Of a stretch of DNA of 64,000 nucleotides, positions 25,891 through 35,868 are shown piece by piece. The notes below the pieces were generated by a model, which was given only the letters and a program-made list of their open reading frames with translations, searched no databases and had not been told where the DNA came from. Within the stretch, counting starts at the first letter, position 1; each line of letters opens with the position of its first letter. This DNA is from a virus, in the IMG/VR virus record IMGVR_UViG_3300010224_000007; one strand, written 5' to 3'. The translations under genes were made by a program, and so were the position numbers.

Positions 25891-28133
25891 TACTGGCCAG
25901 CCTTTTCGAAATCGATAGGGCAGGCACCCGACGCGCAGTCGACGTGGGCGCGATCCACATCCTCTTCCAGGCTCTCGTTTATGTTCGCCAGGAGATAGTC
26001 GAACATCGCATCCGAGACCGGCTCTTCCGGCAGATACTCGTAGGACGAGGTGTCCTCGAACGGCATGACCGAGACGGCGCGAACGTTGCGCACGTTTTCG
26101 AACATCAGCGCCTCGAAATCTTCGAACGAGTATTTGGCCGGCTCGTATTTCAGCGTATAGCTGATCTGGTTGCCGGTGTCCTGGCCGAGCCAGTAGTGCT
26201 CAAGGAGCTGAAGCCAGCGGAACTGTTCCTCAATCGACGCCTCATTGGCAGTGACCAGCTTGTCGCCCATGCCGAGCGTCGTGATGATCGGCGCGGTCGG
26301 GAAGCCCACAATGGTCGTACCGGAGTAGGACTTTAGCTCGCGCACCGGATAACCAGCCGCACGGTACTTGGCCACCAACGGATCGTCGTTGCGGAACTGA
26401 ACCCAGCGGAGCAGCTTGCGCATAGACGGAAGGTGAGCCGCCTCGGTGAGACCGAACAGCTTGCTGGTCGTGCCGGCCGGCTTCATGGTCCGGTTGGTGT
26501 GTGGGATCGTGACACCCAGCTCGGCAGCATACTTCCGGCACTCGTCGTCAACGGCGTCGGCGAAGCGCTTCAACATGTTCCAGAACGGCGCAGCCTTCTC
26601 GGTTACACCGAGCGGACCCACATCACCCTTGGCGATGGCATCCCGGAAGCCGAGACCGAAGCGAGCCCACATGTATTCGTGCAGGCCAGTCATGCCGACA
26701 CCGATCCGGTTGGTGCGAGCCACCTCCAGATGGTAGATGCTGTTCATCAGGTTCACGCGGATCAGGGCGCGAGCCGAGACACGGAAGGCATCCTCGGCAT
26801 CGTCATCATTGGCAGCGTGGAACGGAACCACGTCGGCGATGACGCAGAAGCCGCCCAAGAGGAAGAGCACAATCTCACCGCAGGGATTGACGATGTAGTG
26901 GTAATGATGAGCGAGCACGCGGCTGGTCAGCTCGCGCACCATGGCTCTGCTCTCGTTGTCGAGCTGATAGAGATCCGAGCCGGCGAACATCGTGTCCATG
27001 TACTGGTCGATGTTGACGTCGTTGGTCTCAAGCTTGTCGACGTTGAGGAAGCCCGGTTCGCCGGTGCCATCGCCAAACTGGCGATCCATCACAGCCCGCC
27101 AGACCCTGTAAGCGTGGCGATCCACGGCGTTGCGCATGTCACCCTTGCGGGCGCGAGCCACGCGCTCCCAGAACTCACGGTCGACCGCGACGGAGTTGTT
27201 GGACGACCACAGGAAGGAGTCGAACTTGCCGCCGAACTTGCGCAGTTCGATCACCTGTTCGCGGGACAGGCCTTCGAACTCGGCCGGTCGCTTCAGGTTG
27301 ATGTAGGTGAAGATCGACTTGTCCTTCCAGTGCTTCACGGCAATGCGAGCAGCACGGCGAGCGCCGCCGACGAGAACACACTCGGCGAGGTAATGGTCGA
27401 TCCACATGGAGGCGAGCCACGGCTCCATTCCGGAACCACGGACCAGGGCGACCTTGACGATGGCATTCATAAGCGGGATCGGACCAGAAGCCGGCCGGTT
27501 TTGCATTCCCTTGATCGGCTGGCCCAGCTCGCGGACCTTCGAGAAGTCGAGAATGACGACGGTGTCCGCATCCTGGCCACCGGCTGTCAGCCGCTCGATC
27601 AGCTCGATAGCCTTGGCCCAGCCTTCACGGCTGTCCTCGACTTCGTGGACGATGGTCTTCGGCGCATTGCGGTAGAAGTGGCGAGCGGTGCGCAGATCCA
27701 TGAAGTTGCCCCGCGAATAGTCGGGGTGCGACTGGTCGAGCGTGCAGGCGATCGTCGGCATATTCTTCGACCAGTCAGTGGTCATGAGAGCGTCGTCATA
27801 GCAGCTGCCGACGCCCGAGCCGGAAAGCAGGAGCTTGAACGTGAGGAAGCGGAACATGGCAGTAGCGCAGTTGGTGAAGACCTCCTGCGGGCGGGACGGC
27901 TGGTCGGCATCTCCGTGCTGGAGGTGGCGACCTGACATGAGTGTTGATGCTTGGGAGAGATGGTTTCTCAGGCTCTGGTATTCCGACTGCGCAGCAGCTG
28001 CACCGCGCGGATCGAGCAGAGAGTTACCGAGGGCTACTCGGTGAGAGACGTCGCCCCATGTTTCGGAGCCACGGTTGATAGTGCGGTCAGCAACAGCTTG
28101 CCCCATTCCGGGGAAGTATTCGCGTGTGATCAT
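25890..28133 (-). CDS. nrdJ: Class II (adenosylcobalamin-dependent) ribonucleotide reductase
   Basis: TNC, VNPCGEI, KPAGTTSKL motifs, C-terminal CASGAC redox pair; no small-subunit gene nearby. Confidence 0.9.
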   Translation of the reverse strand: MITREYFPGMGQAVADRTINRGSETWGDVSHRVALGNSLLDPRGAAAAQSEYQSLRNHLSQASTLMSGRHLQHGDADQPSRPQEVFTNCATAMFRFLTFKLLLSGSGVGSCYDDALMTTDWSKNMPTIACTLDQSHPDYSRGNFMDLRTARHFYRNAPKTIVHEVEDSREGWAKAIELIERLTAGGQDADTVVILDFSKVRELGQPIKGMQNRPASGPIPLMNAIVKVALVRGSGMEPWLASMWIDHYLAECVLVGGARRAARIAVKHWKDKSIFTYINLKRPAEFEGLSREQVIELRKFGGKFDSFLWSSNNSVAVDREFWERVARARKGDMRNAVDRHAYRVWRAVMDRQFGDGTGEPGFLNVDKLETNDVNIDQYMDTMFAGSDLYQLDNESRAMVRELTSRVLAHHYHYIVNPCGEIVLFLLGGFCVIADVVPFHAANDDDAEDAFRVSARALIRVNLMNSIYHLEVARTNRIGVGMTGLHEYMWARFGLGFRDAIAKGDVGPLGVTEKAAPFWNMLKRFADAVDDECRKYAAELGVTIPHTNRTMKPAGTTSKLFGLTEAAHLPSMRKLLRWVQFRNDDPLVAKYRAAGYPVRELKSYSGTTIVGFPTAPIITTLGMGDKLVTANEASIEEQFRWLQLLEHYWLGQDTGNQISYTLKYEPAKYSFEDFEALMFENVRNVRAVSVMPFEDTSSYEYLPEEPVSDAMFDYLLANINESLEEDVDRAHVDCASGACPIDFEKAGQ

Positions 28134-28137
28134 AAAT

Positions 28138-28171
28138 GAAAAAACCTCTGTCTTCGGTGGAAGACAGAGGT
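28138..28171 (-). terminator. Strong terminator hairpin directly upstream of nrdJ
   Basis: 12-bp perfect stem ACCTCTGTCTTC/GAAGACAGAGGT plus T6, ending 4 nt before the ATG. Confidence 0.8.
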
Positions 28172-28192
28172 AGTCTCTAACGCCTCAAAGGG

Positions 28193-28210
28193 CAAACGGA
28201 GGTCTATTGG
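28193..28210 (-). promoter_or_regulatory. Repeated upstream box plus -35-like element (copy 1)
   Basis: CCAATAGACCTCCGTTTG, identical at 42774-42791 and similar at 34555-34574. Confidence 0.55.
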
Positions 28211-28701
28211 AACACCGCATTTTCCCGAGACTCATTTCGCACAATCGCGTTCAGTTCGGTGAACTTGGTCGGGAAACGGGCCTTGAGTTTGAGGATATTT
28301 TTCCCAAGGACTTCGTCATAGTCCGTGCCGATTTCTCGATAGATAAGCGCGTGGTACCACTGGTGGTCTCCGCACTCGTCAATCAGCTTTGCACGAGTGA
28401 GCTTGTCCGGATTAAGCAACAGTTCCAGCAGCTCGCCCGCCTCAGTGACGATGCCGAGAATGCCATGGATAATGTCCTTGCTGGCCGGGTTGTTGAAGTA
28501 ATCACTTTCGTCCTCCGGCTCCAGAAGCGTGTCGCTCTTCTTGCCATAGAACAGCGCCTTCTTCATCGCGTCCAGTTCCTGGATCGCAACGAAGGCCTTG
28601 GCGGCGGTGTGGACGAAATCGTAGTCCGACACGAGATCAACGCGCATCGGCTGACCGGCTTCAGTGCGGCTAGAATCTTCGAGGTAGTGTGTGGTGTTCA
28701 T
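28204..28701 (-). CDS. MazG-like nucleoside triphosphate pyrophosphohydrolase
   Basis: GIVTEAGELLE...IDECGDHQWY (ExxE...ExxD). Confidence 0.8.
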   Translation of the reverse strand: MNTTHYLEDSSRTEAGQPMRVDLVSDYDFVHTAAKAFVAIQELDAMKKALFYGKKSDTLLEPEDESDYFNNPASKDIIHGILGIVTEAGELLELLLNPDKLTRAKLIDECGDHQWYHALIYREIGTDYDEVLGKNILKLKARFPTKFTELNAIVRNESRENAVFQ

Positions 28702-28712
28702 GGTGTAGCCTT

Positions 28713-29354
28713 TCAGTGCAGTGGTGCGAAATTGGGATTGACCTTGGGGAAACCGGCTGGCTTGGCGACGTAGCCGAGCGTCTCACCAAAGGCAGACGTG
28801 ATCGGAATCTGGTCGACTTCCGGCAAATCGAGCGGGATCTGGGTTGGGCTGGGTTCTGTGCGCTTGGCAAAGAGCTTTGCTGCCTGACAGATCGCTGCCT
28901 CCAAGGCCTCGCGACCACCGCCATTCTGCCAGCGGAGAAGTTCGGACCACAGGATGATGCGACCATCGATCCACTTCCGATCCTCGATCTTCTGATCGAC
29001 CTTGTAGCGATCGTCTTGACCCGTCTCGGTGGCCATGAACTCCAGCAGGAAAGCCAGATTGCAGCCGAGGTGGCCATAATGGCTAAGCCCGCTCTCGGGA
29101 TCGAACTGCTCACCTTCAATGATGAGCAGGAGGTGGCGCAGCATGCTGTTGAGCACACTGGTCCACGAGCCGCCCTTGCGCCAATTGTGGGCGGAATACT
29201 TCTTTGCGCCGAAGTCGAGGACTCGGGCGACTTCCCAATAGAGATCGGTGGGAAGCTTGAACTTGATGAACACCTCGGTGAACGAGGTGGGGATCAGGGC
29301 GAGGGGAGCCTTGCCCGTGTTAAAGCGGAGCATTGTGGTGTTATCGGATGCCAT
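28713..29354 (-). CDS. dATP/dGTP diphosphohydrolase-domain protein (DUF5664 type)
   Basis: RFNTGKAPLALIP, GAKKYSAHNWRKG, DPESGLSHYGHLGCNLAFL. Confidence 0.85.
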   Translation of the reverse strand: MASDNTTMLRFNTGKAPLALIPTSFTEVFIKFKLPTDLYWEVARVLDFGAKKYSAHNWRKGGSWTSVLNSMLRHLLLIIEGEQFDPESGLSHYGHLGCNLAFLLEFMATETGQDDRYKVDQKIEDRKWIDGRIILWSELLRWQNGGGREALEAAICQAAKLFAKRTEPSPTQIPLDLPEVDQIPITSAFGETLGYVAKPAGFPKVNPNFAPLH

Positions 29355-29859
29355 ACCGGGCGCACCTTTCAATCATCAGGTCGTACCAGACCTGCCATGA
29401 GGCTTCGGACTTAGAGAACTGGACCCCCAGCGGCTTGTAGCCGTAGCCTGGGTGATCCCAGCGGAGCTGCGTGGACTCGTCTTCGCAGATGCGGAGATCG
29501 AATTCGTACAGACGCTCCATGTTCTCCCACGGCTCGTTCCAGAGCCGGAAGATATGGCGCTGAATACGCTCTTCGATGTCCTGGAATTCCGGGCAACGTT
29601 CTTTGACGGGGCGCTTCAGGTCGCAGCCCATGACAGCTTCGCTCTTGTCGTGAAGCAGGGCAGCGCGGACGAGACCGGCTTCCTCGACTTCCTTGGCTTT
29701 CGAGAGCTTGAAGCTGTGTTCCGCTACACTGAGCGGACGGATGGTGTCGCCACCATACCGATTGATGAAGCAGAGCGGCCGGATCAGCTGTTCTGCGGTG
29801 AAGGTGTACTTCTCGATATTGAAGATATCGATGTTGGGGCAGTAGGTTGTTTTGCTCAT
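29341..29859 (-). CDS. HD-domain 5'-deoxynucleotidase (YfbR-like)
   Basis: RYGG...SVAEHS, ALLHDKSEA...D..RPVK. Confidence 0.85.
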   Translation of the reverse strand: MSKTTYCPNIDIFNIEKYTFTAEQLIRPLCFINRYGGDTIRPLSVAEHSFKLSKAKEVEEAGLVRAALLHDKSEAVMGCDLKRPVKERCPEFQDIEERIQRHIFRLWNEPWENMERLYEFDLRICEDESTQLRWDHPGYGYKPLGVQFSKSEASWQVWYDLMIERCARYGIR

Positions 29860-30275
29860 CGCATCACGACCATGTCTGCGAAGAACCGGCAGGGCCGGCG
29901 AACATGCATAAGGGGGATGAGGTATTGGACCACCCAACCCTGGTAGGAGCCCTGGAACATGTCGTGGGTTCCTGCGTCGAACTTCTTGCGGGCGTCCGCA
30001 ATGACAGCATCGTACTTCGTCGACCATGCAGAACCGCGTGGCTTGACGGCGATGACGTATCGTTCGAGACCGGGTTTGCCGAGAGTCGTTATGTCGTCGG
30101 GTTCGGGTGTCGTTGCCCTGGGAAAGGACACATCATAGGTGGGAGCCACACGCTCTGCTCTGTCTTTGAGGGCGTGGTAGCTGATGCCCAGTGACCGAGC
30201 AACGAGGGAGAGATTGTTGTTGCTCTCCCTCAGTGCTTCTTCGATCAGTTGGTTTTCAAGTGAGTTGGATTTCAT
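29856..30275 (-). CDS. Hypothetical protein with N-terminal HTH-like motif
   Basis: NNLSLVARSLGISYHALKDR. Confidence 0.55.
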   Translation of the reverse strand: MKSNSLENQLIEEALRESNNNLSLVARSLGISYHALKDRAERVAPTYDVSFPRATTPEPDDITTLGKPGLERYVIAVKPRGSAWSTKYDAVIADARKKFDAGTHDMFQGSYQGWVVQYLIPLMHVRRPCRFFADMVVMR

Positions 30276-32313
30276 TGCTATTCCCTAAGCTGATGTAGTA
30301 ATCGGCTGAGGGATATTTGTGCGTTATCAGCAAAATTTGCGAGATACTTTGTTTGAGGCTCTGTAGGGTCTGCGACGTATTCTCGGCCCTATTTGCGTCC
30401 ATAGATCCGTCAATCTCATCGCCGATAAAGATCGACAGAATGTTGTTGGTTAGGACGCGCCCCAAACCGATCCTGAGTGCGAGATTAGCAATCGCTTTTC
30501 CCGAACCAGAGAGCGTGTGTAGCCGCTGGCCGTCGACAGTGATCTCGAAGTCATCATCGACAGTGATGACCTGTCGCTGACCACCCGACATCTGCTGAAG
30601 CAGAATGCTGGCAACGGTGTTGAGAGAAGGAATGAGGTGCTGTTTAACCGACGTCCGGAAGTTGGTCAGGGCGACCCTGGCACGCTTCCATTCTTCGGCC
30701 TGTTCCTCATTGGCCTGAACATCATGCATCTGCTTGGTGTACCGCTCTAGATCCTTCTCATACAGAGCGACCATCGCCTCGTATAACAACGCATCACCAT
30801 GCTGTTTCTCGATGCCTTCCAGCTTGGCAAGCTCTTCCTCGACGACGACGAGCCTCTGGCGGGCGTCCCTGGCCTCGGAAAGCCACGCTTCGTACAGCGT
30901 GAGATCCCGGTAATAGAGCCGCATGCGATTGTCGTGATCACGGCGGGTCCGAAGGAGCACCTCATAGTTGGGGTGATCTTTCATCTCAGCCTCCAGCGCC
31001 AGGATCTGGGCTTGGACTTCCCGAGCCTTCTCCGCGATCACCAACCGGCCGCGCTCGATCTCGATATCCCGGCGAGAGATTGGTGGCTGCTCGGCCGGAG
31101 GAACCGCGTGAGCAGCGACATACTGGTCCGCGACCTTGAGCCACGCCTCGGCACGCCGGCGCTCGCCGGCCACGTCTATCTTGATCGGCTCCGAATACTG
31201 GTCGAGATCAGCGGGCAGCGCCTCGAACTGCTGTTCCAGTTTCGTGATGGTGTCGATCGACACGAACCATTCGTGCGAGCACGATGGGCAAGTGTGCGTG
31301 CCTTGCTTCTTCAGATCTTCGATCTGCTTCAGCAAATGCTGGCCAAGCTTCCATTCCTGGTGCTTGGCCTGATGTAGCTCGATCTGGTCCAGTTCTTCGA
31401 GCGTGTGGTCGGGATGGGGGTTGAGGCGGATGAACTTCTGCGCCTCGCTGAACTTCTCGTAGGCGTCCCAGACCAGCTCCATTGTGTCCAGCTCGGCTTC
31501 GCTGTAGCGCGGCTCCTGGAAGCCACGGACCTGTTCTTTGAGCCCACGCAGCTGGACATCGCGAGAAAGCTGCTGGCGGGCCATCTCTTCGAGTTCTGAC
31601 GCCTCTGGCAGATTAATGGCCTTGGGCATGTCAGGCTCGACGACAACGGCGCGGAGCGAGCCGTTCAGCTCGTGCTTCTGGCGCAGCAGATCGCGATAGA
31701 CAGCGAGTGTTTCGTCCAACTCGTGAGATGGCCGATAGCCCTCGGGCATCACCGGAGCCTGGGGCTTGCGGATGAACTCTTTCATCTTCTCGGCATCGCG
31801 GGTGAGCTGATTGGCATTGTCGCTCGCCATCTTGGTCAGTTCGTCGATGACTCCCAGACCGATGACGGAATCGACCATGCGCTTACGCTCGGCCGAACGC
31901 ATCTCGCCGAGCTTGTTGACGGTGTCCTGGTTGCAGGCACACGCAACGTCAAAAACGTCAAGACCGAAACCGAGAAGGTTTGCGATCTTGACGTTCACAG
32001 GCTTAGTGCCCACAGCGATCGGCTTGTCCTGGCCGGCCTCGGCGAGGGTGGCGTGACCTCCGGTGCGCGTGACCGTATAGTCCTTGCCCTTTAGCCGCCA
32101 TTCCAGCTTGCCTGACAGCTTCTGGTATTCGTCGGCAACTCCCCGCAGGGCTGACGTTCCGAACAGCAGCCAGCGGATCATTTCCAGCATGAAGGACTTG
32201 CCAGATTCGTTGGGGCCGGTGATGGTGCCGAAGCCTCGCTCGAAATGGATTGTTTCGGTGAGGCGACGACCGGTGACGGCGAATATCACGTCATAGTGGA
32301 TGCTGATGAGCAT
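30256..32313 (-). CDS. sbcC: SbcC/Rad50-like ATPase
   Basis: Walker A GPNESGKS, central CPSC hook, LSGSG signature, IFIGDEIDGSMD, LLITH. Confidence 0.92.
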   Translation of the reverse strand: MLISIHYDVIFAVTGRRLTETIHFERGFGTITGPNESGKSFMLEMIRWLLFGTSALRGVADEYQKLSGKLEWRLKGKDYTVTRTGGHATLAEAGQDKPIAVGTKPVNVKIANLLGFGLDVFDVACACNQDTVNKLGEMRSAERKRMVDSVIGLGVIDELTKMASDNANQLTRDAEKMKEFIRKPQAPVMPEGYRPSHELDETLAVYRDLLRQKHELNGSLRAVVVEPDMPKAINLPEASELEEMARQQLSRDVQLRGLKEQVRGFQEPRYSEAELDTMELVWDAYEKFSEAQKFIRLNPHPDHTLEELDQIELHQAKHQEWKLGQHLLKQIEDLKKQGTHTCPSCSHEWFVSIDTITKLEQQFEALPADLDQYSEPIKIDVAGERRRAEAWLKVADQYVAAHAVPPAEQPPISRRDIEIERGRLVIAEKAREVQAQILALEAEMKDHPNYEVLLRTRRDHDNRMRLYYRDLTLYEAWLSEARDARQRLVVVEEELAKLEGIEKQHGDALLYEAMVALYEKDLERYTKQMHDVQANEEQAEEWKRARVALTNFRTSVKQHLIPSLNTVASILLQQMSGGQRQVITVDDDFEITVDGQRLHTLSGSGKAIANLALRIGLGRVLTNNILSIFIGDEIDGSMDANRAENTSQTLQSLKQSISQILLITHKYPSADYYISLGNSNEIQLT

Positions 32314-32536
32314 TGTCGAAGGTCAGTCCCTTGTTGATGATGCTTGCGACGACACCTGGGAAGAACAGCATGAGTGCCTTCCGCTTCTCGTCGAATGATT
32401 CCAAGCTGTGTTGAGCAGCTCGATGCAGTTCTTCCAGGAGAGTGTGCTCGTAGGCCGACAACCCCGGAATGTTGCGCATCTTGGCAACCCCGCGCTCATA
32501 GTGCGCGAGGTCGAGCGTGAGAGGCTCAAACTCCAT
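32291..32536 (-). CDS. Hypothetical protein (81 aa)
   Basis: Fills the gap between the nuclease and ATPase genes, overlapping both. Confidence 0.55.
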   Translation of the reverse strand: MEFEPLTLDLAHYERGVAKMRNIPGLSAYEHTLLEELHRAAQHSLESFDEKRKALMLFFPGVVASIINKGLTFDNAHQHPL

Positions 32537-33476
32537 CGTGAAGCCTCTTAGAATGGTACGCTGCCATAAGCTGGCCAGCGATTGCTTCGCCGACGCCAGC
32601 TTCCGCGAAAGACTTCCGGAACATAGCGTCCATGTCGAAATCCCCGAGGCTAACAGCGGCCAAAGGCTCATCGACAGAGCCATCGCGTTTGATAGTGAGT
32701 TGGAGGCAGTCAATTTCTTCCCCTAAATTCTCTCCAGGGGAGAGGACGATGCGGACACAACGGTTGGCGAGGTTCAGGTTCGTTTGCGCGAGCTGTTCCA
32801 ACGTCAGGGTGACATAGAGATCAGTGTTCTCTTCCTCACCGTGCGCGTAGGGCTGCATGGACCCGGTGACGAAGACCTCGACGTCATCGCGGGTGAATGT
32901 TTCAGGCTTGTGGATGTGGCCGGTATAGGCAGTCTCCACACCAACCCCGGCAAGTTCCTTGGTCGGGATCAGGTTGATGTTTCCGTTGTTGAAGTCCTTC
33001 ACGTCCCAGTGACCGAATGCCACCTTGGCCGAGCCAGCTCGTTGCACCATCTCGCTGGCGCTCATGACAGGTTGCCATGCGAAGAATGCGAGATCGTCGA
33101 TCTTGAACCAGTTGTCGACGACATGGATGTTCTTGGTGCCTTCCACGATCTTTGCAAAGATATCGAACGCTGACACGCTGGTCAGATCCCGCATCCAGTC
33201 ATGGTTGCCTTTCAGGACCACGAACTTGACGTCGGGATTGTCGTTCGCTGCCTCACGGTAGATTTCGGCGGCGCGGACGATCGTGTTGTAAGGCACGATG
33301 GCCTTGTCGAAGAGATCGCCCACGCAGACGTGGATGTCGGCGGTAGGCGAACTGACGTGAGCCTCGAACTGACTCCAAACGAGATGCTCCCGCTCACCCC
33401 TTCGAGTAAGCGGGACGCCATGAATGAAAGAGCGACCCAGATGAGGGTCGCCCAAGGTTTGAAAGCTTGCGCTCAT
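32526..33476 (-). CDS. sbcD: SbcD/Mre11-like nuclease
   Basis: GDPHLG, VGDLFD, KGNHD, GHW, GHIH motifs; next to the SbcC homologue. Confidence 0.9.
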   Translation of the reverse strand: MSASFQTLGDPHLGRSFIHGVPLTRRGEREHLVWSQFEAHVSSPTADIHVCVGDLFDKAIVPYNTIVRAAEIYREAANDNPDVKFVVLKGNHDWMRDLTSVSAFDIFAKIVEGTKNIHVVDNWFKIDDLAFFAWQPVMSASEMVQRAGSAKVAFGHWDVKDFNNGNINLIPTKELAGVGVETAYTGHIHKPETFTRDDVEVFVTGSMQPYAHGEEENTDLYVTLTLEQLAQTNLNLANRCVRIVLSPGENLGEEIDCLQLTIKRDGSVDEPLAAVSLGDFDMDAMFRKSFAEAGVGEAIAGQLMAAYHSKRLHDGV

Positions 33477-33559
33477 AGGAACAGGACCATGATGGCTACG
33501 GTGGTGATGGCGGCGAAGGCCGTCAGCCTAAGCAAGTGCTGGTTCGTTGGTAGGAGCAT
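33473..33559 (-). CDS. Putative 28-aa membrane peptide
   Basis: MLLPTNQHLLRLTAFAAITTVAIMVLFL; stop overlaps the sbcD start (ATGA). Confidence 0.35.
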   Translation of the reverse strand: MLLPTNQHLLRLTAFAAITTVAIMVLFL

Positions 33560-34109
33560 GGTAGTGATCCTTTGCCTTGAAGACGCAGTCGATCTGGTTG
33601 ATCACGTCGAAGATGGCGTTGTGGGCATCGCCCTGGAACTCGTTGTAGAAGCTCTCGATCTTCGACGAAGCACCGAGGCCACGGATGAAGGAGTTCATGT
33701 CGACCGCCCAGCGGAAGTGGTACGGGTTGTAGACCTCATAGTCGTTCAGGTATGACTGAACGAAGCTGAAGTCGAAGGTGGTTGGCTTTGCCCAGAAACG
33801 GAGAGGCTCACCGCTACCGGCCTTGAGTGACCACTGCGAGAACGCTTCCATGACGGTCTTCGGATCTTCCATACGGAAGTAGATATCGTCGAGGATGTCT
33901 CGCTTCTGCTGGCCCCACCAGCTGCGGGTGCTTTCGTCCCAGAAGCGGTTCGGCGGAATAAGGAGGCATCGGTTGAACATGTCCGATGCGTCAACGGTGC
34001 GCTCTTCCAGATTGAAGCGCACGGCGGCGAGCTGGATCATCGCGTTGCGATCCGGCCGTGTGCCAGTGGTTTCGATATCGACCATTACGTCGAAGTAGTT
34101 GGAGTCCAT
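33528..34109 (-). CDS. DEDDh 3'-5' exonuclease
   Basis: VMVDIETTG, WAKPTTFDF, HNAIFD motifs. Confidence 0.88.
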   Translation of the reverse strand: MDSNYFDVMVDIETTGTRPDRNAMIQLAAVRFNLEERTVDASDMFNRCLLIPPNRFWDESTRSWWGQQKRDILDDIYFRMEDPKTVMEAFSQWSLKAGSGEPLRFWAKPTTFDFSFVQSYLNDYEVYNPYHFRWAVDMNSFIRGLGASSKIESFYNEFQGDAHNAIFDVINQIDCVFKAKDHYHAPTNEPALA

Positions 34110-34522
34110 TGGTAGTCCTTCAGTTGCTCCCAGGGGATGGAAGCTTTGCCCGCGTCTTTGACTTGTTTGATGAGAGTGAATGGCACCACGTACCAGCGGT
34201 CAGTGTTCAGGTTATGGACATAGACCTTGTAGATCCCGCGAGCGCCGGTAACGACGACGCCTGCGGCCCACTGCGCTGGCTTCAGCAAGCTGAACGGAAA
34301 GCTCGTCTTGTTCTGGGTACTCTTGACCTCAGCATAGAACGTCGTTCCGTCGAGGGTGACGATATAGTCACTCGGTTGCGCCCTAGCGCTCTCGGCTATT
34401 TTGCCGGTTCGGCCCGTGATCTCCGACGCATCAACAAGTCGGAAGTAACTGGCACGTTTTCCGAGGGAGTCTAGCACTCCCTCGAAAAATTTCTCGGAGG
34501 GTTTTCCGGTGTTTTTTGCCAT
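34085..34522 (-). CDS. PD-(D/E)xK nuclease, Holliday junction resolvase-like
   Basis: G..SE..FE, PSDYIV, FYAEVKST. Confidence 0.75.
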   Translation of the reverse strand: MAKNTGKPSEKFFEGVLDSLGKRASYFRLVDASEITGRTGKIAESARAQPSDYIVTLDGTTFYAEVKSTQNKTSFPFSLLKPAQWAAGVVVTGARGIYKVYVHNLNTDRWYVVPFTLIKQVKDAGKASIPWEQLKDYQWTPTTST

Positions 34523-34554
34523 AGTTAGGCATACATGGCACACCGTAGTCCCAA

Positions 34555-34574
34555 GTCAAATGCGGGTCTGTTGG
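34555..34574 (-). promoter_or_regulatory. Repeated upstream box plus TTGAC (copy 2)
   Basis: CCAACAGACCCGCATTTGAC in the intergenic gap upstream of the resolvase. Confidence 0.5.
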
Positions 34575-34595
34575 ACCTGAGTATTTTCCTGTCGA

Positions 34596-35663
34596 TCAGA
34601 CAGAGACTTCCGCCTTGATAGCAGGATGCGGATCATAGTCAAGCAGATTGAAATCGTGCGGAAGCAGATCAAAGATCGGCTTGTCAGCGATCCAGACACG
34701 GGGTAGTGCACGCGGCTGACGGCTCAGCTGCTCACGCGCCTGCTCGACGTGGTTCGTGTAGAGATGCAGGTCGCCAAACGAGTGAATGAACTCACCCGGT
34801 TCGAGGCCAACTTCCTTCGCGACCAGCATAGTGAGGAGCGCATAAGATGCCACGTTGAATGGAACGCCGAGGAACCAATCTGCGGATCTCTGGGTCAGCA
34901 TGCAGTTCAGTTTGCCATCGGCGACATTGAACTGGAACATGCAGTGACATGGCGGGAGAGCCATGCTTTCGATCTCGGCCGGGTTCCAGGCCGAGACGAT
35001 GTGCCGGCGACCGTGCGGATCTTTCTTCAGGCCGTCGATCACGTTCTGGAGCTGGTCGATCTTGATCGTGTTGTAGCCGTGAACCGCGCCTGCAACATCC
35101 ATCTCCGGATTGTGCTCGTTGGTTTCCCAAGCTCGCCACTGCTTGCCGTAGACCGGCCCGAGATCGCCGTTCGCGTCGGCCCACTCATCCCAGATCGTCA
35201 CACCGTAGTCGTGCAGGAACTTGATGTTCGTGTCGCCTCGGATGAACCACAGAAGCTCGACCAGGATGCTCTTCCAGTGCAGCTTCTTGGTCGTCAGCAA
35301 TGGGAAACCCTCGCTGAGATCGAACCGAAGCTGCTCGCCGAACAGGCCAAGCGTGGCTCCGTTTCGCCCCTCGCGGTAGACGCCATCCTTCAGGAGCTTG
35401 TCGAGCACGCGGAGGTACTGGTGATCAGCCATGTTGCCGATCCGGCGCAGGTTGCTGGCGCTGAAGATGTGGAGCGTCCCACGATCATCCTCGACGTCAT
35501 ATCGGATCGCGCCGTTGCGCTTCCGGGTGACCCCCTGGACGGTGCCATCAAAAGCATAGTCGCCGGTGATCTTAGTCACGCGATCCCCAAAGTGGAAACG
35601 CTCATTCGTCCCATTCAATGCGGATGCCATACCGGCGTTCTCTGCGTGCTGCGTAGTCGTCAA
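34596..35663 (-). CDS. thyA: Thymidylate synthase with roughly 78-aa N-terminal extension
   Basis: [54 protein letters not shown]. Confidence 0.95.
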   Translation of the reverse strand: MTTTQHAENAGMASALNGTNERFHFGDRVTKITGDYAFDGTVQGVTRKRNGAIRYDVEDDRGTLHIFSASNLRRIGNMADHQYLRVLDKLLKDGVYREGRNGATLGLFGEQLRFDLSEGFPLLTTKKLHWKSILVELLWFIRGDTNIKFLHDYGVTIWDEWADANGDLGPVYGKQWRAWETNEHNPEMDVAGAVHGYNTIKIDQLQNVIDGLKKDPHGRRHIVSAWNPAEIESMALPPCHCMFQFNVADGKLNCMLTQRSADWFLGVPFNVASYALLTMLVAKEVGLEPGEFIHSFGDLHLYTNHVEQAREQLSRQPRALPRVWIADKPIFDLLPHDFNLLDYDPHPAIKAEVSV

Positions 35664-35868
35664 ATTGTTCTTCCTTCTTTTGGAGGTTGGCTAGATGATA
35701 GTCGTGACAGAACGGGCAGCGGAAGATTTTTGTCTTCGCCCGATGATAGTTCATCTCGCGCTGAGCCTTGCTGGCTTCGCTGTAGGTCTTGTAGGACCGC
35801 TTGTTCAGGCATGAGGACATCATAGAGCGGTGTCGCCGCCCCGGTATCTGTTCAGGGATCGTATCCAT
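35602..35868 (-). CDS. Small Zn-finger-like phage protein
   Basis: C..KRSY.....A...[11 protein letters not shown]. Confidence 0.6.
   Translation of the reverse strand: MDTIPEQIPGRRHRSMMSSCLNKRSYKTYSEASKAQREMNYHRAKTKIFRCPFCHDYHLANLQKKEEQFDDYAARRERRYGIRIEWDE

Noticed and set aside
26433-27935. Long opposite-strand ORFs (e.g. 500 aa here, 8752-10179, 21789-23225, 39422-40840, 50657-52102)
   Set aside because: Shadow frames of high-GC genes with clear motifs on the other strand; no recognisable motifs or RBSs.
28204-29859. Definite Z-genome or deazaguanine pathway
   Set aside because: Only the hydrolases are present; no PurZ, FolE/QueCDE or DpdA gene in the window. Left as a hypothesis.
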